Shown here: positions 28,910 through 39,759 of the stretch, piece by piece | Layout of the letters: each line of letters opens with the position of its first letter | Position numbering within the stretch: position 1 is the first letter of the stretch | DNA from: Arcobacteraceae bacterium | GTDB lineage: Bacteria > Campylobacterota > Campylobacteria > Campylobacterales > Arcobacteraceae | Direction of reading: 5' to 3' | DNA length: 64,000 nt | NCBI GenBank assembly: GCA_048268245.1 | Contig: JBLWVX010000010.1 | Coordinates: 1 to 64,000 of the forward strand | Notes under the pieces: model-generated | The model's database searches: none | The model's input: the letters and a program-made list of their open reading frames with translations, nothing else | What the model was told of the DNA's origin: nothing | Translations under genes and position numbers: made by a program

Positions 28910-29803
28910 TTATTTTATTTCATTACTTTTTTTCAATAATACAATAGTAGCAAAAATTGATAGTAAAATACCAAAAAAAGTATTAATATTTATTTTTTCA
29001 TTTTCCATAAAATATATTAAAAAAGCAACAATAGCAGGATTTAAATATACATAAGCCATAAGTTTATTAGGTCCTAGAATAACAGTTGATTTTTGATATA
29101 AAAAAACAGTAATCAAAGTAGCTCCTATACTTAAATATAACATATACCAAAAGTTTTCACCTTGGAGTTTTTCCCAATGTAAAGGAATGTCTAATGCTAC
29201 TAAAGCAATACTCATCCAAATAATCCCACCAAATAGTGTCATCAAAGTAATACTTAATACTTCATCATCTTTTTCATAAAAGAATTTTGTACTTATTGAA
29301 TACAAAGCCATAGATAAAACACCAAATAAAAATATAATATCTCCATTGTTAAAACTTAAGTTTATTAATCTTTGAATATCTCCATCAAAGATAACTATAG
29401 TAGTACCTATCATTCCAATTAAATATATAAACAGCTTTAAAATATTTAGTTTATCTTTGAAAATAAAGTTTGCTAATATTGCAGTGATTAAAGGTACTAA
29501 AGTAAATAGTGTTGCTGTGTTTAAAGCTGTTGTATCTTCTAAAGCTTTAAAAAGTAAAATAAAATACAAACTATAAAAGAAGCTTATTTTAAGACCTTTT
29601 ATAAAACTTCCTTTTATTTTTACTCTATATTTTTTTACTATTAAAATAATAGGTAGTAAACTTATAAAAGCTAAAACAAACCTTCCTAAAGTTAAAGAGA
29701 TTGGATCTATTATTCCAGATAGTTTTCCTGAGATTATAAAAGATAGTGCTACTAGTATTGTGGCTGTGAATACCAAGATATGTGCTTGTATATTTTGATT
29801 CAT
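28910..29803 (-). CDS. DMT/EamA family transporter
   Basis: About 10 TM segments in two EamA repeats. Confidence 0.88.
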   Translation of the reverse strand: MNQNIQAHILVFTATILVALSFIISGKLSGIIDPISLTLGRFVLAFISLLPIILIVKKYRVKIKGSFIKGLKISFFYSLYFILLFKALEDTTALNTATLFTLVPLITAILANFIFKDKLNILKLFIYLIGMIGTTIVIFDGDIQRLINLSFNNGDIIFLFGVLSMALYSISTKFFYEKDDEVLSITLMTLFGGIIWMSIALVALDIPLHWEKLQGENFWYMLYLSIGATLITVFLYQKSTVILGPNKLMAYVYLNPAIVAFLIYFMENEKININTFFGILLSIFATIVLLKKSNEIK

Positions 29804-29886
29804 AAATTTCCTTTTTTATTTGTAGTTTATAAGAAGTAAAATTTTTTGTCATTTACATAGGTTGATTTTTTAGCTAATATTTCAAA

Positions 29887-30489
29887 ATGAATGAAGAAGA
29901 AATATTAAAAAGTTTAAATAAAACATTAAACTCATACTCTACTATCTCAAAAGAAACTTGGAATAAATTTAAAGAAATTTGCACTATTAGAAGTATCAAA
30001 AAAGGTCAATATGCCTATGATTTATACGATGAGGTAAATGAAATATCTTTTGTTTATAAAGGTTTATTTAGAACATTTAGTATGAATGAACAAGGTGAAG
30101 AGTATACAAAAAACTTTTTTTGGGAAACAAGATTTTATGGACCAATGGTTGCACTTCTTACAAATAGTGAAGTTGATTCTTGTGTCCAAGCTTTAGAAGA
30201 CTCTATTGTTGTTGATATTAAACATGATAAATATAGAGAACTTTTAAAAGAAGCCAATGACCTAAAAATGTATCATATTTTATATTTGGAAAAACACTGG
30301 ATACTACAAAAAGACCATAATACTTATGCTTTAGTTTTAGAAGATGCAAAACTTAGATATGAAAGATTTTTAGATGAATTTGCACATATATTACCAAGAC
30401 TTTCACAACATCATATTGCTTCATATCTTGGGATATCCCCTACTCACTTAAGTAGGATAAGAAAATCATTAGAAAATAAAAAACGGTAG
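29887..30489 (+). CDS. Crp/Fnr family regulator
   Basis: cNMP-binding domain; HIASYLGISPTHLSRIRK HTH. Confidence 0.9.
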   Translation: MNEEEILKSLNKTLNSYSTISKETWNKFKEICTIRSIKKGQYAYDLYDEVNEISFVYKGLFRTFSMNEQGEEYTKNFFWETRFYGPMVALLTNSEVDSCVQALEDSIVVDIKHDKYRELLKEANDLKMYHILYLEKHWILQKDHNTYALVLEDAKLRYERFLDEFAHILPRLSQHHIASYLGISPTHLSRIRKSLENKKR

Positions 30490-30496
30490 GAAAACT

Positions 30497-31303
30497 ATGC
30501 TAAAAAATTCAGTAATGAAAGAGCTATCTTTTCAAGAACATAAATTGATATTTAAATACATTCATAAAAAACATACTTTCTCTAAACATATCCATGATGA
30601 TAAATACATGCTAGGAATTTGTTTAGAGGGCAAAAACTATTTTAATATGGACAAGCAAGATTTTGAAGTTACTAAAGGTATGTTATGCCTTATTCCACCA
30701 AATACTGTTCACTCATGTAAAACTACAAATATTGATAATAAATGGCAGTTTCTTACTTGTTTTATACCTAAAGATTTCTTTGAAGAAATTGCAAAAAGTA
30801 TTTGTAATAAAAGTAACTTTACTTTTAAGAACTATTTCATAAAAGATAATGATTTAGCTACTTATTTAGAAAAAATCATTAGAGATACTTTAACTCATGA
30901 AAAAGTTTTTGACAATGACATCATAGACTTCATCACCCTATTTTGTGAAAAATACATGACATATAAAGAAAAAATCAAAACCATTGAAAATGAAAAGTTT
31001 GAAGAGTTATTTAAATTTTTTAAAGAGGAAAAATATGATTTAAAAGAGTTTAGCTTTTATGATATGGCAAAAGTTATGAACATGAACCCTTACTATTTTC
31101 ATAGAGTTTTTTCAAAGTCTATAGGATTAACTCCTCAAACTTTTATAAACTTTTTACGAGTTTCAAAAGCTACAAAACTTTTAACAAACTATGAAAGTTT
31201 GTCACATTTAGCCCTAGAGTGTGGCTTTTATGATCAAGCACATTTTACAAAAGAGTTTAAAAAATATCATGGAGTAACACCTACAAAATATAAGAACATT
31301 TAA
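30497..31303 (+). CDS. AraC family regulator
   Basis: Cupin HIH; CGFYDQAHFTKEFKKYHGVTP. Confidence 0.9.
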   Translation: MLKNSVMKELSFQEHKLIFKYIHKKHTFSKHIHDDKYMLGICLEGKNYFNMDKQDFEVTKGMLCLIPPNTVHSCKTTNIDNKWQFLTCFIPKDFFEEIAKSICNKSNFTFKNYFIKDNDLATYLEKIIRDTLTHEKVFDNDIIDFITLFCEKYMTYKEKIKTIENEKFEELFKFFKEEKYDLKEFSFYDMAKVMNMNPYYFHRVFSKSIGLTPQTFINFLRVSKATKLLTNYESLSHLALECGFYDQAHFTKEFKKYHGVTPTKYKNI

Positions 31304-31374
31304 AATATGTTCAAAATATTACAATACAAAAGTTTATTTAAACAGTAATATTCTTTAAAAACAAAAGGAATTTT

Positions 31375-32721
31375 ATGTTTAAAACTATTTTATTTATTCT
31401 TATACCTATTTTTATTTATCTAGGATTATTTAGCTTTATAGAAGAGCAAAAAGACTTAATATTACTTAGTTTAATTATTACAACTATCATATATTGGGCT
31501 TCAAATCTAGTACCCTTATATTTTAGTTCTTTGATTTTTTTATTTACAGCACTTGCTTTTTCTCTAGCTAGTAAAGATGTGATTTTTTCAGGTTTTTCAT
31601 CAGGAGCATTTTGGTTAGTCTTTGCAGGTATGCTAATAGCTACTGCTATAAAAAATACAAATTTAACTCTAAGATTTACAAATCTATTTTCAAATATAAA
31701 AAACCTTACTTACTTAAAGCTTTTGATTTATATATCTATTTTTGCTGTTTTATTTAGTTTTGTTATGCCTTCAAGTGTAGTAAGAATTGTTTTAGTTATA
31801 CCTTTGGCGATTGCACTAGCTTCTAGTTTAGGATTTCAAAAAGAAGACAAAGGTTTTACAGGAATTATGTTGACTTTTATTTTATGTACTTCTTTACCTG
31901 CATTTACTGTTTTACCAGCAAATGTACCAAATATGATACTTGCAGGACTTACAAAAGAAATATATGATTATGAACTACTTTTTTCTTACTATTTTATAGC
32001 AAACTTTTTAGTTCTTGGGTTTATAAAAAATATAATTATTGTATCTTTAGTTTACTATTTCTTTAAAGATGAACTAAAAAATAAACTAAAAAAAGAAGAA
32101 ATAGAAGGCTTTAAAAAAGATGAAAAAATTGTTTTAGCTACTATTTTTATAATGCTTATATTATGGATGAGTGATTTTGTTCATCAAATCTCGCCAAGTA
32201 TTATAGCTATAATAGGCGTATTATTTTTAGCATTTCCTACAATAAATATCATTAAAGCCAAAGATTTTAATAGTATCAATTTCTCTTCTTTGATATATGT
32301 AGTAGCTATTATTAGTTTAGGTTCAATTGTAGCTAATAATGACTTTTTGGAAAATGCTCTAAAATCTTTGGTTAATCAATACGAACCTTTTGATTTAGAG
32401 ATTTTAAACTATATAACTCTTACATCTTTTATGTCTTTTAGCGGTATTATAATTACTCAACCAACAATCCCAGCTATTTTTACACCAATTGCCCAACAGC
32501 TAAGTGATATAAGTGGTTTTAGTTTAAATGAAGTATTTATGATGCAAGTAGCAGCTTTTTCAAATGTATTTTTTCCATTTCAAGCCCCACCTTTAGCTGT
32601 AGGGCTTGCATTATCACAAATAAAACAAAGACATATGTTAAAAATCATACTTTTACTTGCACTAATAACTATAGTTTTTTTATATCCATTAGAATATTTT
32701 TGGTTAAGTTTTTTAAGATAA
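31375..32721 (+). CDS. SLC13/DASS-like permease
   Basis: Multi-TM; FSGFSSGAFWLVF, MPSSVVR, LPANVPN. Confidence 0.8.
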   Translation: MFKTILFILIPIFIYLGLFSFIEEQKDLILLSLIITTIIYWASNLVPLYFSSLIFLFTALAFSLASKDVIFSGFSSGAFWLVFAGMLIATAIKNTNLTLRFTNLFSNIKNLTYLKLLIYISIFAVLFSFVMPSSVVRIVLVIPLAIALASSLGFQKEDKGFTGIMLTFILCTSLPAFTVLPANVPNMILAGLTKEIYDYELLFSYYFIANFLVLGFIKNIIIVSLVYYFFKDELKNKLKKEEIEGFKKDEKIVLATIFIMLILWMSDFVHQISPSIIAIIGVLFLAFPTINIIKAKDFNSINFSSLIYVVAIISLGSIVANNDFLENALKSLVNQYEPFDLEILNYITLTSFMSFSGIIITQPTIPAIFTPIAQQLSDISGFSLNEVFMMQVAAFSNVFFPFQAPPLAVGLALSQIKQRHMLKIILLLALITIVFLYPLEYFWLSFLR

Positions 32722-32745
32722 AATTTACTTTTAATTGGAGTTATT

Positions 32746-33534
32746 ATGAATATAATAGATTTTGAAAATATTAATGTAGGTTATAACGAAAAGATAGTAC
32801 TTAAAGATATAACATTAAAGATTAAAGAAAATGAGCATTGGGCAATACTAGGTGCTAATGGTTCTGGAAAATCAACTTTGATAAAGATAATACAATCAGA
32901 ACTTCACCCAAGAAGAACAAATAAATTTAAAAAAGAGATTTTAGGAAAAAGTAATTATTCTATTTTTGAGCTAAAGAAACAGCTAGGAATTATTACCAAT
33001 GACTTACATAATTTCTTTTCTACCTCAGGTTCATACTTAAATGGATATGAAGTAACTCTTAGCGGATATTATAGCTCTATTGGAATTTTTTCTCATCAAG
33101 ATTTCAGTGAAGAACAACACAAAAAAGCCCAAGAAGTAATGAGATTCTTAGAAATTAAACATTTAAAAGAAAAAAAAGTATCTACTATGTCTACAGGAGA
33201 ACTTAGAAAATGTATAGTTGCAAGAGCTTTAATCCATGAACCCAAAGCATTTATTTTAGATGAACCTACTGTTGGATTGGATATAAAAGCTCAAATAAAT
33301 TTCATAGCAATGTTAAAAAAGTTATCTGCAAACTGCTCTATCATTTTAGTAACTCATCACTTAGAAGAAATTTTTGAAGAGATTGACAATATCGCACTTA
33401 TACATAAAAACAGTATCTATAAAAGTGGTAAGAAAAAAGAAATACTAACAAGTCAAAACTTATCAGAAATCTTTGATACTAAACTTCATATCAAAGAAAA
33501 AAAAGGACGTTATTTCGTAGAAGAAATAGGCTAA
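32746..33534 (+). CDS. ABC transporter ATP-binding protein (ModF/YlmA-like)
   Basis: HWAILGANGSGKST, MSTGE, LDEP, VTHH. Confidence 0.85.
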   Translation: MNIIDFENINVGYNEKIVLKDITLKIKENEHWAILGANGSGKSTLIKIIQSELHPRRTNKFKKEILGKSNYSIFELKKQLGIITNDLHNFFSTSGSYLNGYEVTLSGYYSSIGIFSHQDFSEEQHKKAQEVMRFLEIKHLKEKKVSTMSTGELRKCIVARALIHEPKAFILDEPTVGLDIKAQINFIAMLKKLSANCSIILVTHHLEEIFEEIDNIALIHKNSIYKSGKKKEILTSQNLSEIFDTKLHIKEKKGRYFVEEIG

Positions 33535-33869
33535 GACTTTTTTACATATTTTGGAGTTATTTTAATAGCTCCAATTTTTGGTATCTTACAATCGATATTA
33601 TGATTATCAGCACTATCAACTAATCTAATATTTTTAATTTTTGTACCAACTTTTACAACCGAAGAACTTCCTTTGATTTTTAAATCTTTTATAACTGTTA
33701 CATCATCCCCTGCTCTTAATATTGCACCATTTGCATCTTTTACAGTAAACTCTTTTTCTTCTAAATCCTCTTTTGTAAACTCATGTGTGCACTCAGGGCA
33801 GATGATTAAACTTCTATCTTCATAAGTATATTCACAATTACATTTTGGACAATTTGGTAAATCTAGCAT
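33531..33869 (-). CDS. Zinc-ribbon protein YjdM/PhnA
   Basis: CPKC...CPEC, KDANG..L..GDDVTVIKDLKIKGSS. Confidence 0.92.
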   Translation of the reverse strand: MLDLPNCPKCNCEYTYEDRSLIICPECTHEFTKEDLEEKEFTVKDANGAILRAGDDVTVIKDLKIKGSSSVVKVGTKIKNIRLVDSADNHNIDCKIPKIGAIKITPKYVKKS

Positions 33870-33879
33870 TTATTTCCTT

Positions 33880-34512
33880 TTATTCTTCACCCATTTCAAT
33901 AGCAATTCTTAGAAAACCTGTAAAAACAGCATTGTCAAATTTCACTGATGGATGAACGTTTTTTTTCATATCATCTAAATGTTTTGAATACTTTTCATAA
34001 AATTCAAAACTAGGCTTTGGTTTGTAAACAATATCTTTTAAATCAAAATATTTTATGATATTTTTTGTAGTTGTTGGCTTTATAAAATACTCGCTTTGTC
34101 TTTTTAAATAATAAGGTACTACACTTATTATAGTCCACTTTGCAAGTCTGTATTCACCTAAAAACTCAACTAAACCCTCAAAACCTTCTTTTTTATTTCC
34201 ATATAAAAGCTCATAAATTTCAATACTTAACATATCTTTTTCATAAGAGTTTAAAGTTGCTAGTGCATCTTTTAGTTTTAGTTTATCAAACAGCGATACC
34301 ATAACTGATTTTTGAATAACTTTATAAAAGTTTTCAACTACTAAATTTGGGTTTGAAAAATTCTCTTTTTTCAAAGCTTCTTTTGCAAACTCTTCAAGCT
34401 TTTCAGGCTTAAATTTTTTCATTCTTGGGAAAAAGTACTCATCCTTAAAGCCTTTTGGATATTGTTCTAAAAACTCAGCTTCTATGTCTTTTAGTTTTTC
34501 TAAATAGTGCAT
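33880..34512 (-). CDS. Hypothetical protein
   Basis: 210-aa ORF tightly packed between racemase and yjdM genes. Confidence 0.75.
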   Translation of the reverse strand: MHYLEKLKDIEAEFLEQYPKGFKDEYFFPRMKKFKPEKLEEFAKEALKKENFSNPNLVVENFYKVIQKSVMVSLFDKLKLKDALATLNSYEKDMLSIEIYELLYGNKKEGFEGLVEFLGEYRLAKWTIISVVPYYLKRQSEYFIKPTTTKNIIKYFDLKDIVYKPKPSFEFYEKYSKHLDDMKKNVHPSVKFDNAVFTGFLRIAIEMGEE

Positions 34513-34513
34513 A

Positions 34514-35212
34514 TTAACTCTTCTTTAAGGCCTTATTTACAGCCTCTAGTGCATGTATACTTGTAGTATCAAATAGTTTTATATTTGTATCATTTTGAGA
34601 TACTAACATTCCTATTTCTGTACAGCCTAAGATAACACCTTGAGCACCTTTTGCCTTTAATAAATCCATTATTCTTAAATACTCTTTTTTTGAAGAATCA
34701 TTTATTTTCCCAAGACATAATTCCTCATATATTATCTTATGAACTATTTTTATATCTTCTTTATTTGGAACTATTACTTCAATATCAAAGTTTGCTTGTA
34801 TTGTATTTTTATAAAAATCTTGCTCCATAGTAAAAGCTGTACCTAAAAGCCCTACTTTTTTGATACCTTCTTCTTGAAGTTTTTTACCAGTTGCATTTGC
34901 TATGTGTAAAATAGGAATACTAATATTTTCTTGGATAATAGGTGCAACTTTATGCATAGTGTTTGTACAAATAAGCAAAAAATCAGCCCCTGCATTTTGG
35001 ATATTTTGGGCAGCTTCACTTAATATCTTTGATGTTTCATCCCATTTTCCTGAATGTTGTAATTTTTCTATCTCATCAAAATCAACACTATAAATGACTA
35101 CTTTAGCACTATGTAAGCCACCCATTTGTTTTTTTACTTCTTCGTTGATTTGTTTATAATATAAAGCTGTACTCTCCCAACTCATTCCACCAAGCAGTCC
35201 TATAGTTTTCAT
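34514..35212 (-). CDS. Aspartate/glutamate racemase family (YgeA/RacX-like)
   Basis: GLLGGMSWEST, CTNTMH, ILGCTEI. Confidence 0.93.
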   Translation of the reverse strand: MKTIGLLGGMSWESTALYYKQINEEVKKQMGGLHSAKVVIYSVDFDEIEKLQHSGKWDETSKILSEAAQNIQNAGADFLLICTNTMHKVAPIIQENISIPILHIANATGKKLQEEGIKKVGLLGTAFTMEQDFYKNTIQANFDIEVIVPNKEDIKIVHKIIYEELCLGKINDSSKKEYLRIMDLLKAKGAQGVILGCTEIGMLVSQNDTNIKLFDTTSIHALEAVNKALKKS

Positions 35213-35221
35213 TTTAAACCT

Positions 35222-35668
35222 TTATTTTATAGAAATATAAATCTCTATTTGCTCATCTTCTTCATATTTTTCAAAGTCAAAATTATATGCTCTTTCATAT
35301 TCACACTCTTCTGAACTAAAATAGTTCCAAACATCATGCCAAGCATCAATTACTACATCAGGCAACTCACCTTGTTTTGTAAATACTAAATATCTATCTT
35401 TTTCAATCGTGATTGCATTTTTAGGTTTAGTAACTTCTACTCCTACTGTATAATCATAATCAGAATTTACATCATTTTCATATTTGTTGTAAACACCATA
35501 CATTGCAAAACTTTTAGCTTTGTTGAATGTCTTTGATTCTATATTGTCATCAACATATTTTTGCCATAAACCTGGTATTTTTGCTATTTCTTCATTTAGT
35601 TCTGTTTCGTTGTTTGTTCTTGTAGTAATACCTGCTACATAGAATTTTTCTAAGTATTTTACTTTCAT
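35222..35668 (-). CDS. GyrI-like small-molecule-binding protein
   Basis: GITTRTNN, IPGLW, RAYNFDFEKY, EIYISI. Confidence 0.85.
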   Translation of the reverse strand: MKVKYLEKFYVAGITTRTNNETELNEEIAKIPGLWQKYVDDNIESKTFNKAKSFAMYGVYNKYENDVNSDYDYTVGVEVTKPKNAITIEKDRYLVFTKQGELPDVVIDAWHDVWNYFSSEECEYERAYNFDFEKYEEDEQIEIYISIK

Positions 35669-35748
35669 ATTTCTCTTTTATTTTTATTTATGGAATAGTA
35701 GCAAAAGAAGATAAAAAGAATTTGATATTTGATTGAAGTATTGAATAC

Positions 35749-35765
35749 ATCGCCCAAAAGGCGAT
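35749..35765 (-). terminator. Hairpin after the YbcL-like gene
   Basis: ATCGCC-CAAAA-GGCGAT. Confidence 0.5.
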
Positions 35766-35768
35766 ATA

Positions 35769-36293
35769 TTATCTTCTATAGTATGAGATTAGTGAAGCTT
35801 TAGCTATTGCGTGGTTGTTTAAGTAATAACCTACAATTGCAGGGTTTGTGTTTTTGTCTAAGCCTAGTTTTTCTGTATCTAAAGCATATACTGTAAAAAT
35901 ATATCTATGAGCTTTATCTCCTTTTGGAGGACAAGCACCACCAAAACCACTTTTCCCATAGTTTGTTACACTTTGAACTATATTTTTATGCTCTTTTGAA
36001 CCAAAGTCTTTTTCTAAACTCATAGTATCTTTTGGAATATCAAAAACCAACCAATGCCACCAACCAGAACCAGTTGGAGCATCTGGATCATAAACAGTTA
36101 TAGCAAAAGATTTTGTACCTTTTGGTGCGTTTTCCCATGAAAGATGTGGAGATGTATTCTTTCCTGTACATCCAAAACCGTTAAACTCTTGAGTTTTTGT
36201 AAGTTGTCCTTTTAAAGTATCACTTTTTAAAGTAAAATTATCGGCAAATAGAGAAATAAAACTAAATGCTAATACTAATAATATTTTTTTCAT
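35769..36293 (-). CDS. YbhB/YbcL (PEBP/RKIP) family periplasmic protein
   Basis: DPDAPTGSGWWHW, GACPP, HRYIFTVYAL. Confidence 0.93.
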   Translation of the reverse strand: MKKILLVLAFSFISLFADNFTLKSDTLKGQLTKTQEFNGFGCTGKNTSPHLSWENAPKGTKSFAITVYDPDAPTGSGWWHWLVFDIPKDTMSLEKDFGSKEHKNIVQSVTNYGKSGFGGACPPKGDKAHRYIFTVYALDTEKLGLDKNTNPAIVGYYLNNHAIAKASLISYYRR

Positions 36294-36359
36294 ATTCTTC
36301 CTTTTTGTAAGATAGTATTATTATAAACTAAAATAATATAAAAAAGTACTAGAAAAAAA

Positions 36360-37175
36360 CTAATTTTTGTTGTTTTTTATCTGTTTTGGAGTTAAGTTAT
36401 ACTCTTTTTTAAACACTTGTATAAACCAAGATAAGTTATCAAAGCCACATTCTTTACAGACTTCACTAACATTTTTATCACTATTTTCTAAAAGTATCTT
36501 TGCTTTTTGCAGTCTTTTTTTTGTTTGCCATTTTTTAGGTGTTGTTTTGTAAACTTCTTTGAATTTCTGTCTAAAAGATATATCGCTCATTTTTAAAGCA
36601 TATGATAGGTCTAAAATACTATCTTCAAATGAAAAATTGTTTTCTATAAAAGATTTAAAATAGTTGTCTTTGTAGATTGAGTATAAAAAGCTTTTAAATT
36701 CAGTTGAGTATTTACTAGTTAATATATTTAAAAAAGCTTCTTCTAGTTTTAGTTTTATAATCTCTTTATTTGTTGTTTTTAATGTTTTAACATAGTTACA
36801 AGTAGAGTTCATAACAATACTAAGTTCTTGTGTCTTTTTAAAACTTAATATATCTGTTTCTTTTGAAGTTTCATCTTTAAAAGATATATCATATTTTGAA
36901 ATAAAATCTAAAAGTATAGAGTCTTCATAAAAAAATAACATAGCTTCATAATACTCATCTAAAACTTCACTCATCACATAAGTTCCACTTTTTAGAAATA
37001 AAAACTGATTCTCATCCACATAAATATCTTTATCATTTAGATGAAGAATTTTTGTACCTTTTATTACAAGTATTAAAACATTTGATTCTAATAAAACTTC
37101 ATTTTTATACTGTGGTTCTTTTTGAATATAGTTAAAATATGAAAAGCTTTGAGTTTCAGGTATTTTTAGTTTCAA
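36360..37175 (-). CDS. AraC family regulator
   Basis: C-terminal CGFDNLSWFIQVFKK..TPK. Confidence 0.88.
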   Translation of the reverse strand: MKLKIPETQSFSYFNYIQKEPQYKNEVLLESNVLILVIKGTKILHLNDKDIYVDENQFLFLKSGTYVMSEVLDEYYEAMLFFYEDSILLDFISKYDISFKDETSKETDILSFKKTQELSIVMNSTCNYVKTLKTTNKEIIKLKLEEAFLNILTSKYSTEFKSFLYSIYKDNYFKSFIENNFSFEDSILDLSYALKMSDISFRQKFKEVYKTTPKKWQTKKRLQKAKILLENSDKNVSEVCKECGFDNLSWFIQVFKKEYNLTPKQIKNNKN

Positions 37176-37660
37176 TCTTTTTCCTTTTGACTACTCATAT
37201 CTTTTATCATAGAATAGTTTATTAGAGTTTGATTTTCTCTTTTAACATAGTTTTTCTTTAATTCTTTAAAACCAAGCTTCTCAAAAAAAGGTTTTGCTGT
37301 TATACTCGCATCAACTTTTAGTATTTTAATATCATGATTATTTGCATTTTTAATTATCTGCTCCAACATAAATCTACCTACTTTAAAACCTTGATATTTA
37401 TGATGAACATAAAAACAATCTATATAATCATCCTCAAAAACATAAAAACCTACTATTTCATCTTCAATCATACATAAATAAGTATTTGAAGTTTTAAGCC
37501 TGTTTTCCCAAGCTTTTAAATCTATATTTTTACTAGCCCAAGCATTTAATTGCTCTTTTGTATAATCTTTTTTATTTACATTATGCACAGTGTTTGTAAA
37601 AAGATTTACCACTTCTTTTAAATGTTTTTCTTCATAAGGTTTTATACTAAATGAACTCAT
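37172..37660 (-). CDS. GNAT acetyltransferase (YafP-like)
   Basis: FYVHHKYQG, ASITAKPFFEKLGF. Confidence 0.9.
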   Translation of the reverse strand: MSSFSIKPYEEKHLKEVVNLFTNTVHNVNKKDYTKEQLNAWASKNIDLKAWENRLKTSNTYLCMIEDEIVGFYVFEDDYIDCFYVHHKYQGFKVGRFMLEQIIKNANNHDIKILKVDASITAKPFFEKLGFKELKKNYVKRENQTLINYSMIKDMSSQKEKD

Positions 37661-38634
37661 TTTAAAATACCCACTATTTTATCTATTATCTTTTTATGAA
37701 TCTGCTCTTTACTAACTTTGTCTTCATAACAAAGATTTGGATTTTGTTTTGTACCTTTTAATATGATCTTACCTTTTTTAGTACACAGTGAAAATGAACT
37801 AAAAACATTTGAATCTTTTATCTTTTCATATATAAAGCTATCTTTAAAATGACTATTATCCAAAACTTTTTGATTTGATAAATTTATAAAATAAAAATCT
37901 TGTATATTGTGATTTAAACTGTTTTTATCAAACATTTGAGAATATTCCATATCAAATAAGACTGCCTTTTTACTTGGTATTGATATTTGTATGCTTTTTA
38001 AAAAGTTTTCATCAAAACTCTTTAAATCTATACCATTTTCTTTAAACCAAGTACAATCTAAACTTTGAGTATTTAAACATTGGTTTTTATACTCTACATA
38101 ATTTAACTTTGCAGATGAATATAAAGCCAAACTAGTAGCCCCAAGTAAAAAACCTACAGAATTGATGTTTTTATAATCAATACTATTTTTAAATTTTTCA
38201 GTCTCTTTTAGCTTTTCAAAAGATATATGCATATCATTTGCTCTTAACCAAGGCTCATAAAAAGCAGTTGTTTTATCAAGTTTACTTCTTGTAAGCAAAA
38301 CTATAAATCCTTTTTGCACTAAAGCTTTTGCTAACCAATCTATCTGATTAGAAGCACTTCTAAGACCCCCATGAGATAAAAAAATCAAAGGATACTTACC
38401 CTTTTTTAAAGCCCCATCTAAAGCAACACTTTGAGATACAAAAAGTTTGTGTTTCCCTAAAACAAACTCTTCATTATCAACACTTGGATAAAAAACCATA
38501 CTTTTTATATCAGAGTTTCTATGCTTTGAATAAACATCAAAGGTAGTAAATCCAACTTTGTTGTTGGCTAATAATGCTGTAGATATAAAAAAGAAAAGAA
38601 GTAGTGTTTTTTGTATAGCTTTTATTGATTTCAA
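37657..38634 (-). CDS. Secreted alpha/beta-hydrolase-fold protein
   Basis: Signal peptide, VFYP, GKYPLIFLSHGG; nucleophile elbow reads GFLLG. Confidence 0.7.
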   Translation of the reverse strand: MKSIKAIQKTLLLFFFISTALLANNKVGFTTFDVYSKHRNSDIKSMVFYPSVDNEEFVLGKHKLFVSQSVALDGALKKGKYPLIFLSHGGLRSASNQIDWLAKALVQKGFIVLLTRSKLDKTTAFYEPWLRANDMHISFEKLKETEKFKNSIDYKNINSVGFLLGATSLALYSSAKLNYVEYKNQCLNTQSLDCTWFKENGIDLKSFDENFLKSIQISIPSKKAVLFDMEYSQMFDKNSLNHNIQDFYFINLSNQKVLDNSHFKDSFIYEKIKDSNVFSSFSLCTKKGKIILKGTKQNPNLCYEDKVSKEQIHKKIIDKIVGILK

Positions 38635-38762
38635 TTCTTATCCTATATTTTCTTATTAATTTTAATACTAAATGATAAAACTAGTTATCATTTTGAGATA
38701 TTTTAGTAAAAATGTAAAGCAACTTTATCATTTGATTATAAAAATTTTTTAAATAGGATATT

Positions 38763-39680
38763 CTATCTAAGTAAATTGTCTGTTAAATACCATTTATTTA
38801 AAGTGTCTTTAATACCTTTTTCTACTCCTTGAGTGTTCGGGAATAATGTTGTTGAAGTCATTCCTACTTTTTCACATAACTCATATAGTTTGATAACTTC
38901 AGTTATTGGTAAAGTTATTTTTAATAAAGGAGTATTTGGTAAAATTGAAAATATATTTTCTAATCCTTCTACAACAAAACGCTCACCTCTATTACCACTA
39001 TGTGAATGAACAGTAAATAAACCTTTTTGAGAAGATATATTAAGTGTGGAACTTCTAGGAACATATAAGATTTTAAAATCGTATAAATTTTTAAATTCTA
39101 AATTTAATACCCAAATTGCTATCTTTTCATCACCTTTAAAACCTTTATCAGGTTCTTTTTCTTCTAAAAGTTCTATATATCTATAAAATGCTGAAGATAC
39201 TGCAAAATACATAGCAACATATGGAGATTCAGTCCAATCTAATAATCTAGTAGGAACAGAGTGATGTTGAGCCATTGCCATTAATTCAAATATTTCTTCA
39301 TTTGGCCATAAAGAAGGGTTAAGCAAATACTTATCTATATTATTTGGATTGAGATTATTCTCTCTAAAACTTATTGAATCATTTGGAATTTTTATACCTA
39401 AATTATCACAGTATTCTACAAATTTATTTAAAATAGATAATTCATTATAAACTTGCATATCTGCAGTAGTTTTTTCTTCCTCTTCTTCTTTTTTTTCTTC
39501 CTGTAGTTTCTTATCATATTTTCTTAAAGAAGAAGGTATCAATCCCCAAGTTGAATTAGACTGTCCTCGATAAATTAGTTTACAAGGGTCATCAAATAAA
39601 TTATTAGTTGGACTTAACAATTCCCATAGTTCATTTGCAGTTTCACAATGTTTTTCTTTAAATGGCTCATATTTCATCAT
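38763..39680 (-). CDS. FRG-domain protein
   Basis: IYRGQ...LIPS, AQHHSVPTRLLDWTESPYVAMYFA, SQKGLF. Confidence 0.88.
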   Translation of the reverse strand: MMKYEPFKEKHCETANELWELLSPTNNLFDDPCKLIYRGQSNSTWGLIPSSLRKYDKKLQEEKKEEEEEKTTADMQVYNELSILNKFVEYCDNLGIKIPNDSISFRENNLNPNNIDKYLLNPSLWPNEEIFELMAMAQHHSVPTRLLDWTESPYVAMYFAVSSAFYRYIELLEEKEPDKGFKGDEKIAIWVLNLEFKNLYDFKILYVPRSSTLNISSQKGLFTVHSHSGNRGERFVVEGLENIFSILPNTPLLKITLPITEVIKLYELCEKVGMTSTTLFPNTQGVEKGIKDTLNKWYLTDNLLR

Positions 39681-39759
39681 TTACTCTCAATTGTTTTTAT
39701 TTGATACTCTAATTTTGCATTACTAATACTTAAGTAAAATAATTTGCATAAGTTTTTTA

